The notes beneath the pieces are model-generated. The model was not told the DNA's origin. It saw only the letters and a list, made by a program, of their open reading frames with translations, and searched no databases. A stretch of 62,185 bases of DNA, filler included, from Nemertoderma westbladi (Eukaryota; Animalia; Xenacoelomorpha): NCBI GenBank assembly GCA_032718475.1. It is 3 parts of 3 records of this genome, joined end to end, with 100 filler letters (N's around TTAATTAATTAA, not from the genome) between each part and the next. Parts side by side here need not be neighbours in the genome. Positions count along the whole stretch, not along the records: positions 42,846 to 62,185 come from JAUCBJ010006529.1; 2 more parts are not named here. The stretch is one strand, 5' to 3'. Made by a program: the position numbers and the translations under genes. Below, one piece after another: positions 60,784 through 62,185 of this stretch (position 1 is its first letter; every line of letters begins with the position of its first letter).

Positions 60784-62185
60784 ATGTCTTCGAATACTTT
60801 GAGTGACGCTGCTTGGGATTTACTGGATCGTATCATGGCAGATGAAAGTGATTCTCAGTCCGGTGATGAGGAACAAGAGAACTGCGTCGCTCCACCAACT
60901 GTTAATAAAGAAATCGAGACAAACAGCGGTATAAACGTTATCAGTTTTAAATCGGAATCTATTTGCGGTACTTCCGAAGATAAATCACGAAAGATCAAAC
61001 AAGAGTTCTGTACAGATGAACAATATTCTAATAATCAGATCAGCAACACAAACTGCGGTATAAACGTTATCAGTTTTAAATCGGAATCTATTTGCGGTAC
61101 TTCAAAAGATACATCTCGAAATGTCAAGCAAGAGTTCTGTATTGAGAAACAATCTGTTTGTGAAATTATTGCGAAGTCCGATCTCAAGGGTAAGCGATTT
61201 AATCGTAAAGTAAATTTAAAGAATCCTAAACAATCATTGCATAAAGGTATCAAATATAAATGCGGTTCTTGTGAAAAACAATTTGGTGACAAAAGGAGTC
61301 TAAAGAGACACATGGAATCAGTACATAAAGGTATCAAGTATAATTGCGGTTCTTGTGACAAACAATTTAGTGACCAAGGATATCTGAAGAAACACACGGA
61401 ATCAATACATAAAGGCATCAAGTATAAGTGCGTTTATTGTGACAAACATTTTACTTCCAAAGGATATCTGAAGATTCACATGGAATCAGTACATAAAGGT
61501 ATCAAGTATAATTGTGAGTCTTGTGACAAACAATTTAATCAAAAAAGAATTCTGAAGATACACATAGAATCAGTACATAAAGGCATCAAGTATAAATGTG
61601 GTTCTTGTGACAAACAATTTAGTGACAAAGGGAGTCTGAAGAAACACATGGAATCAGTACATAAAGGCATCAAGTATAAATGCGGTTCTTGTGACAAATA
61701 ATTTAGTGACAAAGGAAGCCTAAAGAGACACATGGAATCAGTACATAAAGGTATCAAGTATAAATGTGGTTCCTGTGACAAACAATTTAGTGGCAATGGA
61801 TATCTAAAGATACACATAGAATCAGTACATAAAGGTATCAAGTATAATTGCGGTTCTTGTGACAAACAATTTAGTGACAAAGGAAGCCTAAAGAGACACA
61901 TGGAATCAGTACATAAAGGTATCAAGTATAAATGTGGTTCCTGTGACAAACAATTTAGTGGCAATGGATATCTAAAGATACACATAGAATCAGTACATAA
62001 AGGTATCAAGTATAATTGCGGTTCTTGTGACAAACAATTTAGTGACAAAGGAAGCCTAAAGAGACACATGGAATCAGTACATAAAGGTATCAAGTATAAA
62101 TGTGGTTCCTGTGACAAACAATTTAGTGGCAATGGATATCTAAAGATACACATAGAATCAGTACATAAAGGTATCAAGTATAATT
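60784..62185 (+). CDS. Tandem C2H2 zinc-finger protein (28-aa, HX4H fingers) with in-frame TAA at 61699-61701; runs off the window
   Basis: 84-bp repeats of YKCGSCDKQFS...LK.H.ESVHKGIK. Five intact fingers, CAA>TAA in the sixth, then five more in frame. Confidence 0.85.

Noticed and set aside
61699-61701. Programmed readthrough in the zinc-finger array
   Set aside because: TAA-TTT is not a leaky context, and a single CAA>TAA change explains it.

Overview
AT-rich, transposon-dense animal (probably invertebrate) genomic DNA, not prokaryotic. It consists of three contigs (1-23682, 23783-42745, 42846-62185) joined by artificial 100-bp N/TTAATTAATTAA/N linkers. Host-type genes: a spliced ecdysteroid-kinase-like (EcKL/DUF227) gene, an intronless TBCE, a two-exon secreted Cys-rich prepropeptide, an acidic C2H2-finger protein gene present as an inverted duplication, and a tandem C2H2 zinc-finger array with a nonsense codon. 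The 6.6-kb EcKL intron holds a frameshifted membrane-anchored fibrinogen-domain gene and a decayed viral class-III (gB/chuvirus-like) glycoprotein gene packaged between ~330-bp inverted repeats. Mobile DNA includes a Penelope-like element (inverted 5' part, in-frame UGA-CUAG between ORF1 and pol, minimal hammerhead motif), two MULE-like elements with 9-bp TSDs, an IS3EU-like element with nested insertions, foldback MITEs, LINE/SINE/Gypsy remnants, a 6.9-kb 13-bp satellite, and many TA-based excision-footprint-like insertions. All calls were made by eye; no database searches were run.
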